64,000 nucleotides of DNA from Candidatus Methanomethylophilaceae archaeon (GTDB lineage: Archaea; Thermoplasmatota; Thermoplasmata; Methanomassiliicoccales; Methanomethylophilaceae), in the NCBI GenBank assembly GCA_050950505.1, contig JBMNHS010000001.1:160001-224000 (forward strand), written 5' to 3'. The notes below the pieces were generated by a model. It was not told the DNA's origin, made no database searches, and was given only the letters and a program-made list of their open reading frames with translations. Position 1 is the stretch's first letter. Each line of letters starts with the position of its first letter. This document shows positions 19,610 through 29,412 of this stretch, piece by piece. The position numbers and the translations under genes are program-made.

Positions 19610-20074
19610 TCACTTCAGCGGCATGAACTTCGAAGACCTGGTAGCTCCCACTCCGGGTCCCGAGTGCTGCGGCGTTCTTCTGTTGATTACGAATTCTCCG
19701 AGGAAGCAACCGATCATTTCGGGCTTGATCTCGAATTCCTTGAATTCCTTGCCGTCGTACACGGCAACGGATTTGCCGACGAACGCGGGTATTATGGGAA
19801 GGTCTCTGCGGTGAGTCCTTACCACTTCTTCGGATTCCATGAGGGCATCGAAGACTTTTTCCTGTTCGCTGTTCAGTCCGCGCATGTACGTGCGCCTTGC
19901 CCTGGCGGGCAAAAGCTCAAGAACTTCGTCGAACGGCAGTTCGATCAGTTCCTCCATCGTAAGACCGCGGTAGAGGAACTCTCTCTTCCTTCTCGCCTGA
20001 ATCGCGGACGCTTTCTTTCTGTCCCTGCGTCTGGATGCTTTGGCGGATCCTTGAATGATTTTCTTTCTGGCCAT
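19610..20074 (-). CDS. rps19: 30S ribosomal protein uS19
   Basis: FLYRG, RTHRRD, PEMIG, GATRSSKFMPLK. Confidence 0.97.
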   Translation of the reverse strand: MARKKIIQGSAKASRRRDRKKASAIQARRKREFLYRGLTMEELIELPFDEVLELLPARARRTYMRGLNSEQEKVFDALMESEEVVRTHRRDLPIIPAFVGKSVAVYDGKEFKEFEIKPEMIGCFLGEFVINRRTPQHSGPGVGATRSSKFMPLK

Positions 20075-20079
20075 ATCAA

Positions 20080-20784
20080 TCACCTCTTACCGGTCTTCTT
20101 TTTCTTCTTCTTAGCAATGAAACCGACCTTCTGACCGGGGGATGCCGTTCTGCTCTGGCAGTTGGGTCCTCCGACGTGGGGGTGGCTTCCACCGCCGTGG
20201 GGGTGATCCGCGGCGTTCATCGCTATACCGGCAACGTGCACGTTCGCCTTGGCTTTGGACCTGAGCTTGTGCACGTTGGCACCGGCTTTTCCGAGGGGTT
20301 TGTCCACCCTTCCGTTGCCGGCCACTATGCCGACAGCGGCTCTGCAGCCGGGGTTGAATTCTTTAAGCTCTCCGGAGGGCATTTCCAGGACGACGTATTC
20401 GCCTCTGCTCACGACGGACGCGGAATTTCCCGCGGCCTTCACGAATTTGCCTCCGTCTCCGGGCATTCCTTCGATGTTGTGTACCGGGGTACCCTCGGGA
20501 ATGCTTGACAGTTCCATTATGTTCCCGGACTTTATGCTGCCGGGACCCACCGTGACGGTTTGTCCGACTTTGATTCCCTCTGCGGCCAACTGATAGTTGG
20601 ATTTGCCGTCGAAATCTATGACGGCCAGGGGACTGGATCTGCCGGGTGCCTGAATCAGGTCTTTGACGACGCCGGCTCCCTCATTCATCGAGGGAAGCTT
20701 CACGTCGGCAACGTGCCTGTGGCTGGGAGAGCGGTACGAGGGCGTTCCGCGCCCTCTTCTCTGTGTTCTCAATCTCTTTCCCAT
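20080..20784 (-). CDS. rpl2: 50S ribosomal protein uL2
   Basis: MGKRLRTQRRGRG, PGDGGKF, AMNAADHPHGGG. Confidence 0.97.
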   Translation of the reverse strand: MGKRLRTQRRGRGTPSYRSPSHRHVADVKLPSMNEGAGVVKDLIQAPGRSSPLAVIDFDGKSNYQLAAEGIKVGQTVTVGPGSIKSGNIMELSSIPEGTPVHNIEGMPGDGGKFVKAAGNSASVVSRGEYVVLEMPSGELKEFNPGCRAAVGIVAGNGRVDKPLGKAGANVHKLRSKAKANVHVAGIAMNAADHPHGGGSHPHVGGPNCQSRTASPGQKVGFIAKKKKKKTGKR

Positions 20785-20793
20785 TTGATCACC

Positions 20794-21075
20794 TCAGAAG
20801 ACTCCGACCCTCATGCCCACATCTTCGGCGGAATAACCTTCCGCAAGCTTGATGATGGCGTGTTTGCCGTCCTTCTCTATTCTCGTCCATACTCTTTCGA
20901 CTTTGACTTCGAAGCGCTCTTCGAAGACGGATTTGATGATTCCTTTGTCCGCCTTCCTGTGAACGATGAACTCAATCCTGTTCCCGTCGGAGAAATTCTG
21001 AGCGGGAGTGCCGGAGGTGTGGTTCATGGACTTCTCTGTGACGAGAGGTCTGATCAGCACATCGCTGCGTTTCAC
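20794..21075 (-). CDS. rpl23: 50S ribosomal protein uL23
   Basis: PLVTEKS, FIVHRKADK, GKHAIIKL; GTG overlaps the rpl4 stop. Confidence 0.93.
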   Translation of the reverse strand: MKRSDVLIRPLVTEKSMNHTSGTPAQNFSDGNRIEFIVHRKADKGIIKSVFEERFEVKVERVWTRIEKDGKHAIIKLAEGYSAEDVGMRVGVF

Positions 21076-21842
21076 TGTGCCCACTCTCCTATCTTCGCCA
21101 TGGCGGACTGTGTGTAAACCGTGAGACGTCCCGCATCTCCGCCGGGGGCGAGGATGCTTGTGTTGAGGGTGCAGACGGATTCAATGTCCACTCCGGGCAG
21201 GTTCGCCGCTCCTTTGAACACGGGGATTTCCCGGTCGGAAACGACTATCAGAATCGATTTGGGGGTGCGGTACCTTCTGTTCCTCATCTTACCCTTTCCG
21301 GCGCGGATTTTCGTGCCTTCCTTGGCGCGGTCCACATCGTATCCGATTCCTATGCTGTCGAAGAACTGCAATACTTCCGCGGTGGTCGAGATGTCCTGGA
21401 ATGCGTCTTCCACCACAATGGGGAAGGACACTCCGTCATCGAACCTGTGACCCCGCTGTTTCACGAACTCCGCATCCGCCGTTGCGGCGAGAGCGGATTT
21501 TCGGGCGATTGCCAGTTCCTTTTTGTTTATCTTCTGTGCCCAGATCCTCTCGGGGCGGGGCGGGTGTGCTCTGCGTCCCGTGACGTTGTTGGGCGATTCG
21601 GCTCCTCTCCTGCCTCCCTTGAGTCTCTGGACCCGGGCGACGCCGCGTCCTTTGCCCCAGGTGCTGACGGAATGCCTCAGACCCGCTTCTTTGGAGGGTC
21701 CGTAAGGCTGTCTTCCGTTTGCGTTGGATGCGAGAACGGCCTTTTTGATTATATCGGGCCTGAAGTCCGTTTCGAAAGCGACGGGCACATCGATTTTGCC
21801 GGAAACGTCTCCGGTCACCTTGTAAACGTTTGTCTGTTTCAT
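21072..21842 (-). CDS. rpl4: 50S ribosomal protein uL4
   Basis: RPDII, WGKGRGVAR, GRRAHPP, RAGKGKMRNR, LAPGG. Confidence 0.97.
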   Translation of the reverse strand: MKQTNVYKVTGDVSGKIDVPVAFETDFRPDIIKKAVLASNANGRQPYGPSKEAGLRHSVSTWGKGRGVARVQRLKGGRRGAESPNNVTGRRAHPPRPERIWAQKINKKELAIARKSALAATADAEFVKQRGHRFDDGVSFPIVVEDAFQDISTTAEVLQFFDSIGIGYDVDRAKEGTKIRAGKGKMRNRRYRTPKSILIVVSDREIPVFKGAANLPGVDIESVCTLNTSILAPGGDAGRLTVYTQSAMAKIGEWAQ

Positions 21843-21846
21843 TCAA

Positions 21847-22842
21847 TCATGCCCCCTGCTTGGATTCGGTGGACACGTAGGTCACTTCAGGTACGCTGAG
21901 CTCTGCTCCCTTGGGGGTTCTTGCCGCGTCTCTGAGCCTGATTATTCTCTTAGTGGGGCCGGGAACCGATCCGCTTACCAAAACGTAGGTGTTCCTGACC
22001 TCTCCGTAGTTGAGGAAGCCGCCCTTGGGGTTGATTTCGGCGCCTTCCTGACCCACTTTGATTATCCTCTTGTTGAATTCGGTCCTCTGGTGGTATCCGA
22101 GCTGACCCGCCATGGGTATGGTACCCCTGACGTAACCGGGCCTCTTGGGACCGAGGTTTCCGTAAAGACGGCGGTGTTTGCTGTTTCTGTGGGAAAGGAG
22201 CTTGATTCCCCAGCGCTTGACCGCACCCTGGAATCCTTTTCCTTTTGTCACCGCCACCACATCGACAAAGGAACCTTCGGGGGCGAAATCGGATATTGTG
22301 ACTTCGGTTCCGAGAATTTCCTTTGCGTAAGCGAGGCGCTCTTCGATGGTGCCTCCGCCTATTCTCAGCTCCATGAGCTCGGGTACCTTCTTTGATACTC
22401 CGGTAAGCAACTTGGGCTGTGTGTAAGCAAGAACTCTGACATCCTCGACGTCAAGACCGTCATACCTGGCGAAGGTTTCAGGGGTGTGTTCCTTGGGAAC
22501 CCTCATCTTCTTGTCCAGAAGGGGGTCAAGGTCGTTTGCCCATACTTCGCCGGCGGTCTTGAGACCGAGGGTAGTGTTTTCATAAAGCCTTACGGCTGCG
22601 ATTTTCATGGGAGGAACTTCCAGAACCGTTACCGGAGTCTGAACTTCCATTCCCGACGTTGTGCTCTTTGCGCGTTTGTCCACTACAAAGGCGTGCGTCA
22701 TCCCGGCCTTGTATCCGGCAAATCCCTGTATCTTGGGGGTGCCGTCAACTTCGGGCCAGGTGTGCCTAGGCCTTTGCGACTTCGCTCTTTTCCTGGGGCC
22801 GTAACCCTGGGATCCTCGTTTAGGACGTCTCCTCTGTGGCAT
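21847..22842 (-). CDS. rpl3: 50S ribosomal protein uL3
   Basis: FAGYKAGMTH, TKGKGFQG, GQLGYHQRTEFNK, GSVPGP. Confidence 0.98.
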   Translation of the reverse strand: MPQRRRPKRGSQGYGPRKRAKSQRPRHTWPEVDGTPKIQGFAGYKAGMTHAFVVDKRAKSTTSGMEVQTPVTVLEVPPMKIAAVRLYENTTLGLKTAGEVWANDLDPLLDKKMRVPKEHTPETFARYDGLDVEDVRVLAYTQPKLLTGVSKKVPELMELRIGGGTIEERLAYAKEILGTEVTISDFAPEGSFVDVVAVTKGKGFQGAVKRWGIKLLSHRNSKHRRLYGNLGPKRPGYVRGTIPMAGQLGYHQRTEFNKRIIKVGQEGAEINPKGGFLNYGEVRNTYVLVSGSVPGPTKRIIRLRDAARTPKGAELSVPEVTYVSTESKQGA

Positions 22843-23035
22843 ATTTTCACTTCCTGCGAGGGTCTCTTCGCTAACCTCGCGGTGTTTTCGGTTGTCGGAC
22901 GGTTCGGATCTTCCGACCGTGACGTCCGTTCGGCCCGAGAATCATTGTATGCGGGACAAACTTGGGTTGCAATTGCATAGCCCGTTGCGTCTGGTCGGAC
23001 ATCATACTGTCCAATCTAACGAATGTATCCCCATG

Positions 23036-23052
23036 TTGTACTTAAAACCTCT
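23036..23052 (-). promoter_or_regulatory. Putative TATA box/BRE of the ribosomal protein superoperon
   Basis: Minus-strand AAGAGGTTTTAAGTA about 200 nt upstream of rpl3. Confidence 0.5.
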
Positions 23053-23147
23053 TATGCCCGTATAATAGGGGAAACCGAGAAAGAAAGAGTTTGGGAAAAG
23101 GATTTCGAAGGGTTCCGATCGCTTCCGCTTTTTTGTCCGAAAGACTT

Positions 23148-23480
23148 TCAGAAACCTTTCTTCGCCTTGTCCTGAGCCCGCTTCTTGCGGGCTTTGACAT
23201 CAAAACCGGTGACGGCTTCCACGAAAACGTTGAGTTTTCTCTTGGCGTCCAGAATGTCTTCGTCCTTCATTTCGCCGGCGGGAATGTCGGCATTCACGGT
23301 TTCCACCCTGATCGCCGATTTGGACATTATTTCCGCCTCGATGGATTCCAGCACGCCGTATTCCGAAGTGTGAATCCCGTCTTTCACTTTCACGTTTCCG
23401 AAGGTTTCCTTCATGATTTTTTCAAGTCCGCCTTCGTCGATTTTACTGAACCATCCTCGCTTTATGTCGTAATCTACCAT
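23148..23480 (-). CDS. DUF5611-like protein
   Basis: YDIKRG start and FVEAVTGFDVKARKKR C-terminus resemble this archaeal family. Confidence 0.75.
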   Translation of the reverse strand: MVDYDIKRGWFSKIDEGGLEKIMKETFGNVKVKDGIHTSEYGVLESIEAEIMSKSAIRVETVNADIPAGEMKDEDILDAKRKLNVFVEAVTGFDVKARKKRAQDKAKKGF

Positions 23481-23484
23481 ATCG

Positions 23485-24474
23485 TCACATCCCGATTGCC
23501 AGGTCGTTTATGATTCCCCGTTCTATGTCCGCCGAACTGCCCAGCATCCTTTCGGCTTTGAGGTAATCTTTCCATTTGTCTCTGCATACGCAGGTAACTT
23601 CCAAGTCTTTAATATTCTGTGTGAAAGAGAACTTTTCCACGGCTTTCAATGCCTCGTTGTCGCATTTTCCGCAGTTGTGCACCCCTCTCTGGGTACCGCC
23701 TCCGGAAGGGGAAGACATGATTCTCGCCTCCACGTTTCCCGACAACCGCTCCATTACTTCGATCAGGGACCAGATCCACGGAGGTCTGAACTCCCCCCGC
23801 TTCCACAGACGTTCGGCCACGGTTCTCCGCTGAACGTTCAACGGATTTATCGATATCTCATCGGAATAACCGTCGGCGAATTTTGCCGAGGATACCGAAT
23901 CTTCGATCGCCTGCCCTTCGGTCACGAACAGAGGTTTGAGAAGAAGATAGGTTCTCACCGTCAGCCCCGCGTCGCGTATCGTTTCGCCGGCTTTCCTGCT
24001 GTCGCCGGGGGTGAATCCTTTCCTGATTGACTGTCTGAGAATCAGAGGGTTTGAACTTTCGAGTCCCAACGCCACGGTGGAGTTCTTGGGAAGGGATCCC
24101 GCCACGTCACCGTCGATGTATTCGGGGCGGCTTTCGAACAGAAGACGTTCGCATCCGGAAAACTCGTCAAAAACCCTTTCCCTCACGGACATGGGTATTT
24201 CATCAACGTCAAGGAAGCTCCCCGAAGTGTATATCTTGACGAAAGGCTCGTTTCCGTAACGGTTCATGACCGCGTCAAGTTGTTTCATCAAATCGGCTTC
24301 GCCGATTTCCGGGGCAGAGGCCACATTGTAACCGCACATTGTGCATCCCCCCGTCTTGGACCAACTGCAACCGCCGGTCCGCAGTATGGCAACCATCGTA
24401 TCGACGGTTTTCCCGGAAGATAGATCTTTTTCCTTCCACATCGCCTCGGGCTCGAAGGGCCTCCTTTCTTTCAT
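23485..24474 (-). CDS. Archaeosine biosynthesis radical SAM protein RaSEA (TIGR01210-like)
   Basis: LRTGGCSWSKTGGCTMCGY (CX6CX2C), KIYTSGSF, ESRPEY, YLLLKP, RGVHNCGKC. Confidence 0.88.
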   Translation of the reverse strand: MKERRPFEPEAMWKEKDLSSGKTVDTMVAILRTGGCSWSKTGGCTMCGYNVASAPEIGEADLMKQLDAVMNRYGNEPFVKIYTSGSFLDVDEIPMSVRERVFDEFSGCERLLFESRPEYIDGDVAGSLPKNSTVALGLESSNPLILRQSIRKGFTPGDSRKAGETIRDAGLTVRTYLLLKPLFVTEGQAIEDSVSSAKFADGYSDEISINPLNVQRRTVAERLWKRGEFRPPWIWSLIEVMERLSGNVEARIMSSPSGGGTQRGVHNCGKCDNEALKAVEKFSFTQNIKDLEVTCVCRDKWKDYLKAERMLGSSADIERGIINDLAIGM

Positions 24475-24529
24475 GGTTCCACACTTATCCTTGACTGTAT
24501 TATATGCTTTCTGATTGGTTGAAATGAAA

Positions 24530-24781
24530 TTACCGTCCCAGTGCGGACTTGGCATAAGAACACAGCGAGGAATACTCCCTCCCTTCTTTTTCCGCATAAA
24601 TCCTGAAAGCTTCAGTAAGTTCCTTCGCCAGACCTTTTCCCCTCAGACTCGGTATCACGGACACCTGTAGCACCGTCAGACGCTCCCCGTCTTTTCTGTA
24701 AGTGAGACGTCCCCCTTCTTCGTTTTCGTAATACAATCTGAACGCCAGGGATTCGGCATCGTGTTCGATTCTCGCCGTCAT
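24530..24781 (-). CDS. Small GNAT-family acetyltransferase (YjdJ-like)
   Basis: VIPSLRGKGLAKEL acetyl-CoA motif; C-terminal LCSYA. Confidence 0.8.
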   Translation of the reverse strand: MTARIEHDAESLAFRLYYENEEGGRLTYRKDGERLTVLQVSVIPSLRGKGLAKELTEAFRIYAEKEGREYSSLCSYAKSALGR

Positions 24782-24897
24782 GACACCCGTATTCCCCGTT
24801 GAGGATTTTATTGTTCCCCGTTTGTTGAATCCCGGAGTGACCCGGATTCCGGGAAATGTTAATAATACCGATAATTATCCTCACACCGGTACGCCAC

Positions 24898-26247
24898 ATG
24901 GCTGAAAGAATATTGATTATAGGTTCCGGGGCGGCGGGAATGACCGCCGCGTCCTCGGCCAGAAAATTTGACGCGGGTCATGATATCACCGTGATAACGG
25001 AAGATGAGGATATCGCATACTCCCCCTGCGCGGTCCCTTGGGTATTGGAAGGGAAAAATGATTGGGACAACATCGTGATGCACGATGCCGATTACTACTC
25101 TAAGAACAGAAACATTAAAGTCATAATCCGAACCAAGGTTGACTCCGTTGATTCCGATTCGAAGACGGTGACCGCGGGCGGAAAAACTTACCCTTACGAC
25201 AAACTGGTCATCGCCACGGGAGGACGGGTTTTCGTCCCTCCGATAAAAGGCAAAGATCTTGACGGGGTGTTCACCGTCAGAACGGTTCGGGACGGAAAGA
25301 ACATCGAAGCCCGGATGAAGGACGTGAAGGACGTCGTGATTGCCGGTGCGGGAGTCATAGGATTGGAAATGGCCGTCGCCCTCAAAAACGCGGGAAAGAA
25401 CGTGACCGTGATAGAAATGATGGATCAGGTCATTCCGAGAATAGCCGATCCGGACATCGCAAAAGACGTTCAGAAATACATTGAAGACAAAGGCATACGC
25501 ATGGTTCTCAAAGCCCCGGTGGAAGAAGTCCTGGGGGAAAAAACCGTGGAAGGCGTGAAAGCCTCCGGAAAAACCTATCCCTGCGGCATGGTTATTTTTG
25601 CCACCGGCGTACGTGCGAATCTTGACATTCCGAACGAATTGAACCTGGACATCGGCCAACTCGGTGCGGTTGTCGTTTCCCCCACCCTTCAGCCCTACAG
25701 GAAAGGAAGGTTGGTCAACGACATTTATCTTGCCGGGGATTTGGTGCAGTGCCAGTCTGCCGCGGTTCCGGGGCCCACGATGAGCCAGTTGGGATCTTCC
25801 GCGGTGCGTCAGGGAAACATAGCCGGAAAAAACGCCGCCGGCGATTGCGGAATGCTCGGACCCACGGCGAGTCCCTGGGTCAGCGTCATCGATGAAATAC
25901 AGGTTGCGGGCACCGGAATATCCGGAGGGCTTGCGACATGGTACGGAATCGAAACAGTGGAGGGAAAAGCCGAAGGGCTTACCAGAGCCAGATATTCCCC
26001 GGGAGGGAAAAGACTGGTGGTCAAGATAATAGCAGAAAAATCATCTCACAGAATCATCGGCGCACAGATACTCTCGGGAGAGGACGCCAACGGAAGAATC
26101 AATTGGCTGACTTCGGCCATACTTTCCGGAATGACGGCGGAAGGATTCCTTTCCATGACCGAAAACGCATACTGTCCCCCGACCTCAATGGTCAAGGACG
26201 TGGTGGTATCTGCGGCCGAAAATCTCGTACACAACCTAAGTGGCTGA
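24898..26247 (+). CDS. FAD-dependent NADH oxidase / CoA-disulfide reductase family protein
   Basis: GSGAAG, YSPC redox Cys, ATG, GAGVIG, YLAGD, AYCPP. Confidence 0.9.
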   Translation: MAERILIIGSGAAGMTAASSARKFDAGHDITVITEDEDIAYSPCAVPWVLEGKNDWDNIVMHDADYYSKNRNIKVIIRTKVDSVDSDSKTVTAGGKTYPYDKLVIATGGRVFVPPIKGKDLDGVFTVRTVRDGKNIEARMKDVKDVVIAGAGVIGLEMAVALKNAGKNVTVIEMMDQVIPRIADPDIAKDVQKYIEDKGIRMVLKAPVEEVLGEKTVEGVKASGKTYPCGMVIFATGVRANLDIPNELNLDIGQLGAVVVSPTLQPYRKGRLVNDIYLAGDLVQCQSAAVPGPTMSQLGSSAVRQGNIAGKNAAGDCGMLGPTASPWVSVIDEIQVAGTGISGGLATWYGIETVEGKAEGLTRARYSPGGKRLVVKIIAEKSSHRIIGAQILSGEDANGRINWLTSAILSGMTAEGFLSMTENAYCPPTSMVKDVVVSAAENLVHNLSG

Positions 26248-27031
26248 TATGATGGATTATTCGGAATACAAAACGATATACAACGGCCTGCGAAACCTGA
26301 AAGACGTGAAAAGGTTCGAGGAAGAGGAAGGATACGACAAAAGAATGCTGCAGTCCCTTTACACCCAAAAAGTGACCAGAGACGTCAAGAAGAGATTCTA
26401 TGTCGTGAAAAAGAATGCCAGGCATATGCTGAAAGACTGGAAGAAAGGGAATACCCTGATGGAGCTTGCGGAAAAGAACAGGTTCCCTCCGATGCTGACG
26501 GCAATGATGATTTTCCAGGAAGACGGAGCGTCAAAAAAACAATTCTGGGAATTCGTGCGTGAACCCGAGAAGCTCGAAAGCCGGGAAACCGCCGACGAGT
26601 TGCGGGAAGTCACCGAGAACGATATGATTTACTCGCCTTACGGGAACCAGATTCAAAGAGAACGGGGAATCTGGGGCGAAGAGCTTCTTGAAAATTGGCT
26701 GAACGAACAAGGCGTGGAATACAGAAACGAAGAAGAGCTCCGCAAAGAGTTCGGCAAAACCCCCGACTGTCTGCTTAACGAGCCCATGATGCTCGACGGA
26801 AAAAAGATTTATTGGATCGAAAGCAAAGCGTCTTTCGGGGACAACATCGAATTCAGGTTCAATGCCAGAAAACAGCTCGTTCCCTATTCTGAAATCTTCG
26901 GTCCGGGAATCGTGGTTTATTGGGTGGGCTGTCTGAACGATCTGAAAACCCCCGAAGGGGTTTATGTGACGGACATTTCGATTCTCAAAGAGAAACTGAG
27001 GCCCGTCGCCGAAGAGGAAACCGACGGATGA
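26240..27031 (+). CDS. C15orf41/CDIN1-like (TPD domain) PD-(D/E)XK nuclease
   Basis: GKTPDCLL, WIESKASFG, FGPGIVVYW. Confidence 0.8.
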   Translation: MADMMDYSEYKTIYNGLRNLKDVKRFEEEEGYDKRMLQSLYTQKVTRDVKKRFYVVKKNARHMLKDWKKGNTLMELAEKNRFPPMLTAMMIFQEDGASKKQFWEFVREPEKLESRETADELREVTENDMIYSPYGNQIQRERGIWGEELLENWLNEQGVEYRNEEELRKEFGKTPDCLLNEPMMLDGKKIYWIESKASFGDNIEFRFNARKQLVPYSEIFGPGIVVYWVGCLNDLKTPEGVYVTDISILKEKLRPVAEEETDG

Positions 27032-27032
27032 A

Positions 27033-27926
27033 TCAATCCGTCTCTTCCTTTTCCTTTCTCAATTCGCCCATGGTCGCTTCTCTCTGAGCCGCGGCGTTGT
27101 GTTTGTGTATGGATTCCTCGGATTCGCTCCATACCAGGATTTCGGTATCGTCCGGAAGTTCGGGGAAGGTGTCCACCATTCTTTCGAGGACCCCCCTTAC
27201 CACGTCTTCGACGAATTTGGGATTGCGGTGTGAATTGATCACGACCCTCCCCTCATCCTCTCTTTTAAGAAGCTCGTAAGTCGGGGAAGAGAAGGAATCT
27301 TCGATGAGTTCGATAAGAACATCGGCTTCCACTTCATATCCTTCGTCGGTGGTCACCATGGCGGAACATATGTTCCTCTGGTTGTGGGACATCACCGGGT
27401 TTTCCGTGTTGCAGTCCGTAAGTTCGGTGACGGTCTGCTGGGCACAGGGGCATGCGGTCATTCCGATGGCTTCCGCGCCGATCGATTTCCTTATTCCTTT
27501 TTCGCGGTCGGCCATGGCCTTGGCGACAAGGGTGTAGACTTCGTAAGTGTCCCTTCCGTTGGGGGTTTTGCTGGGTTTGAAGTAATCCGTGGTTATGGAT
27601 ACTTCCGCGAACCTGGCGTATTCGTGTTCCACCAACAGTTTCTTGCCGATGTCCACCGCCGCGGCTTCCAGACTGGAGACGGGCTTTTCGATGCTGGCAA
27701 GGGCAACTTCCGTGACCACGGTGACATTGCGGGACATATGGGAACCTTTCTGCTCCGCGGGAAGGTCGACAAAAATGTCAATGTTGCAGTTGAGCGATCT
27801 GTTCAGCTTGTTCTTCGTTCCTTCTCTTTCGACGAGAATCGGTTTTTTTACATCAGTCACGCCTACCCGGGTCAGTTTGAATCCCGTTTCGGATCTTCCG
27901 TACTGGACGTCACATTTTAAACTCAT
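27033..27926 (-). CDS. mptA: GTP cyclohydrolase MptA (FolE2 family)
   Basis: LTRVGV, KGSHMSR, GMTACPCA, HNQR, NPKFVED, ESIHKH. Confidence 0.93.
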   Translation of the reverse strand: MSLKCDVQYGRSETGFKLTRVGVTDVKKPILVEREGTKNKLNRSLNCNIDIFVDLPAEQKGSHMSRNVTVVTEVALASIEKPVSSLEAAAVDIGKKLLVEHEYARFAEVSITTDYFKPSKTPNGRDTYEVYTLVAKAMADREKGIRKSIGAEAIGMTACPCAQQTVTELTDCNTENPVMSHNQRNICSAMVTTDEGYEVEADVLIELIEDSFSSPTYELLKREDEGRVVINSHRNPKFVEDVVRGVLERMVDTFPELPDDTEILVWSESEESIHKHNAAAQREATMGELRKEKEETD

Positions 27927-27997
27927 ATGAGATTCCGTAAACGTGAGCCGACTTAAAACATATACGTCTACCAACATACGGGTTATACGGGGATTCG

Positions 27998-28636
27998 ATG
28001 AAATATTGCGGAATTGACGAGGCGGGGCGGGGATCCGTCATGGGTCCGATGGTTGTGGGGATTCTGAGAACCGATGAAGACAGGGGATTGATTTCTTTGG
28101 GAGTCAAAGATTCGAAAAAACTGACTCCCGGAAAAAGAGAAGAAATTTACGAAGAACTTGCGGGAAGTTACGAAATCCGTGTCGTTGAGATGAGTGCGTC
28201 GGAGATAGATTCCCTGAGGGAAACAAAAACCCTGAACGAAATAGAATTGGACATGTTCGCGGAAGCCTGCAATCTGTTGCCGGGTTCCTGCACCTACGCG
28301 GATTGTCCCGACGTCAACGAAGGCAGATTCCAATCCTTGCTTGAACGCAGGGTCAAAGGGCGGGTGGTCGCAAAGCACGGAGCGGACAATCATTATCCGG
28401 CTGTGTCCGGAGCCTCCATCGTCGCCAAGGTCGTGAGAGACCGTCGCATCGATGAACTATCCGGGAAACTGGGAGAAAACATCGGCAGCGGATACCCGAG
28501 TGATGCCGTTACCATGGAATTTATAGAAAAATGGATAAAACATAACGGGAGTCCCCCCTTGGATACCAGATGTTCGTGGGAACCGGTGAGACGGATGTTA
28601 TCTGTTGCCGCCAACACGAAACTGGACGATTGGTGA
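27998..28636 (+). CDS. rnhB: Ribonuclease HII
   Basis: GIDEAGRG, GVKDSKKL, ASIVAKV, GSGYPSD. Confidence 0.97.
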   Translation: MKYCGIDEAGRGSVMGPMVVGILRTDEDRGLISLGVKDSKKLTPGKREEIYEELAGSYEIRVVEMSASEIDSLRETKTLNEIELDMFAEACNLLPGSCTYADCPDVNEGRFQSLLERRVKGRVVAKHGADNHYPAVSGASIVAKVVRDRRIDELSGKLGENIGSGYPSDAVTMEFIEKWIKHNGSPPLDTRCSWEPVRRMLSVAANTKLDDW

Positions 28637-28640
28637 TATT

Positions 28641-28973
28641 ATGGATTTACAGCAGTTGTTTGAGGAAAAGATAGTCAAGTTCAACAAAAGAATCGATGAA
28701 GACGAATCTCTGCGGAAAGAGCTGGCTCATCTGAACAAAACCTTCACTCTGGATTTGGACACCGAAGCGTACAGCATGACTTTGGAAGATTCCAAAGTAA
28801 AAGATTTCAAACCCGAAGCGTTGGAAGATGCGGACGTTGTGGTCACGTCCACCCCTGAAACCGTTGTTGCTCTGATTGAGGGCGATCTGAGGCCCATGAG
28901 GGCATACATCACAAAGAAAATCAAAATCAAAGGAAAGATACAGGACCTTATGTTCCTGAAGAAGTTCCTCTGA
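28641..28973 (+). CDS. SCP2 sterol-binding domain protein
   Basis: LIEGDLRPMRAYITKKIKIKG SCP2 signature. Confidence 0.82.
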   Translation: MDLQQLFEEKIVKFNKRIDEDESLRKELAHLNKTFTLDLDTEAYSMTLEDSKVKDFKPEALEDADVVVTSTPETVVALIEGDLRPMRAYITKKIKIKGKIQDLMFLKKFL

Positions 28974-29000
28974 GAGTCTTCTGAGGACCCGATTCGTTCA

Positions 29001-29014
29001 TAAGGGTTAAATAC
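29001..29014 (+). promoter_or_regulatory. BRE/TATA of the tRNA-iMet gene
   Basis: TAAGGG-TTAAATA about 25 nt upstream of the tRNA. Confidence 0.6.
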
Positions 29015-29037
29015 ACTGTATTGATAGAGCGAACCAT

Positions 29038-29115
29038 AGCGAGGTGGGGTAGCCAGGATATCCCGTCGGGCTCATAACCCGGAGACCGGTCGTTCAAATC
29101 GACCCCTCGCTACCA
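29038..29115 (+). tRNA. tRNA-Met (initiator, anticodon CAT), CCA encoded
   Basis: Cloverleaf AGCGAGG...CCTCGCT-A-CCA; A1-U72 pair; GGG/CCC anticodon stem around CTCATAA; TTCAAAT T-loop. Confidence 0.96.
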
Positions 29116-29355
29116 TCCTTTATCAATTATTATTCCGAATACGCCTGCGTATGTTTCACGGATTGTTCATCGGGATAATCGGAAAAAATATGAATTGAGC
29201 GGTTTGAAGAATATACTGGCACGATTCTGCGGTCTGCCGGCATTGGTTTCTTTACAAGTATCGCATTTTGGTTATTGATATCGGATAAGAAATCTTTCGA
29301 AAAGTTTCCGCATTCTTTAATCCGCATGAAATAAATTTCATATGATGTAATGATT

Positions 29356-29386
29356 ACCCGGAGAACCTTTTAGTTACCTCCGGGTA
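29356..29386. terminator. Intergenic hairpin, putative terminator
   Basis: TACCCGGAG...CTCCGGGTA inverted repeat between convergent units. Confidence 0.4.
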
Positions 29387-29412
29387 TTTGAAATAAAAAT
29401 TCGAAATTGTGT

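Noticed and set aside
29116-29400. AT-rich stretch after tRNA-iMet as an integrated element, or a 65-aa gene
   Set aside because: No integrase, no duplicated tRNA 3' end found in the window, and the ORF has no features
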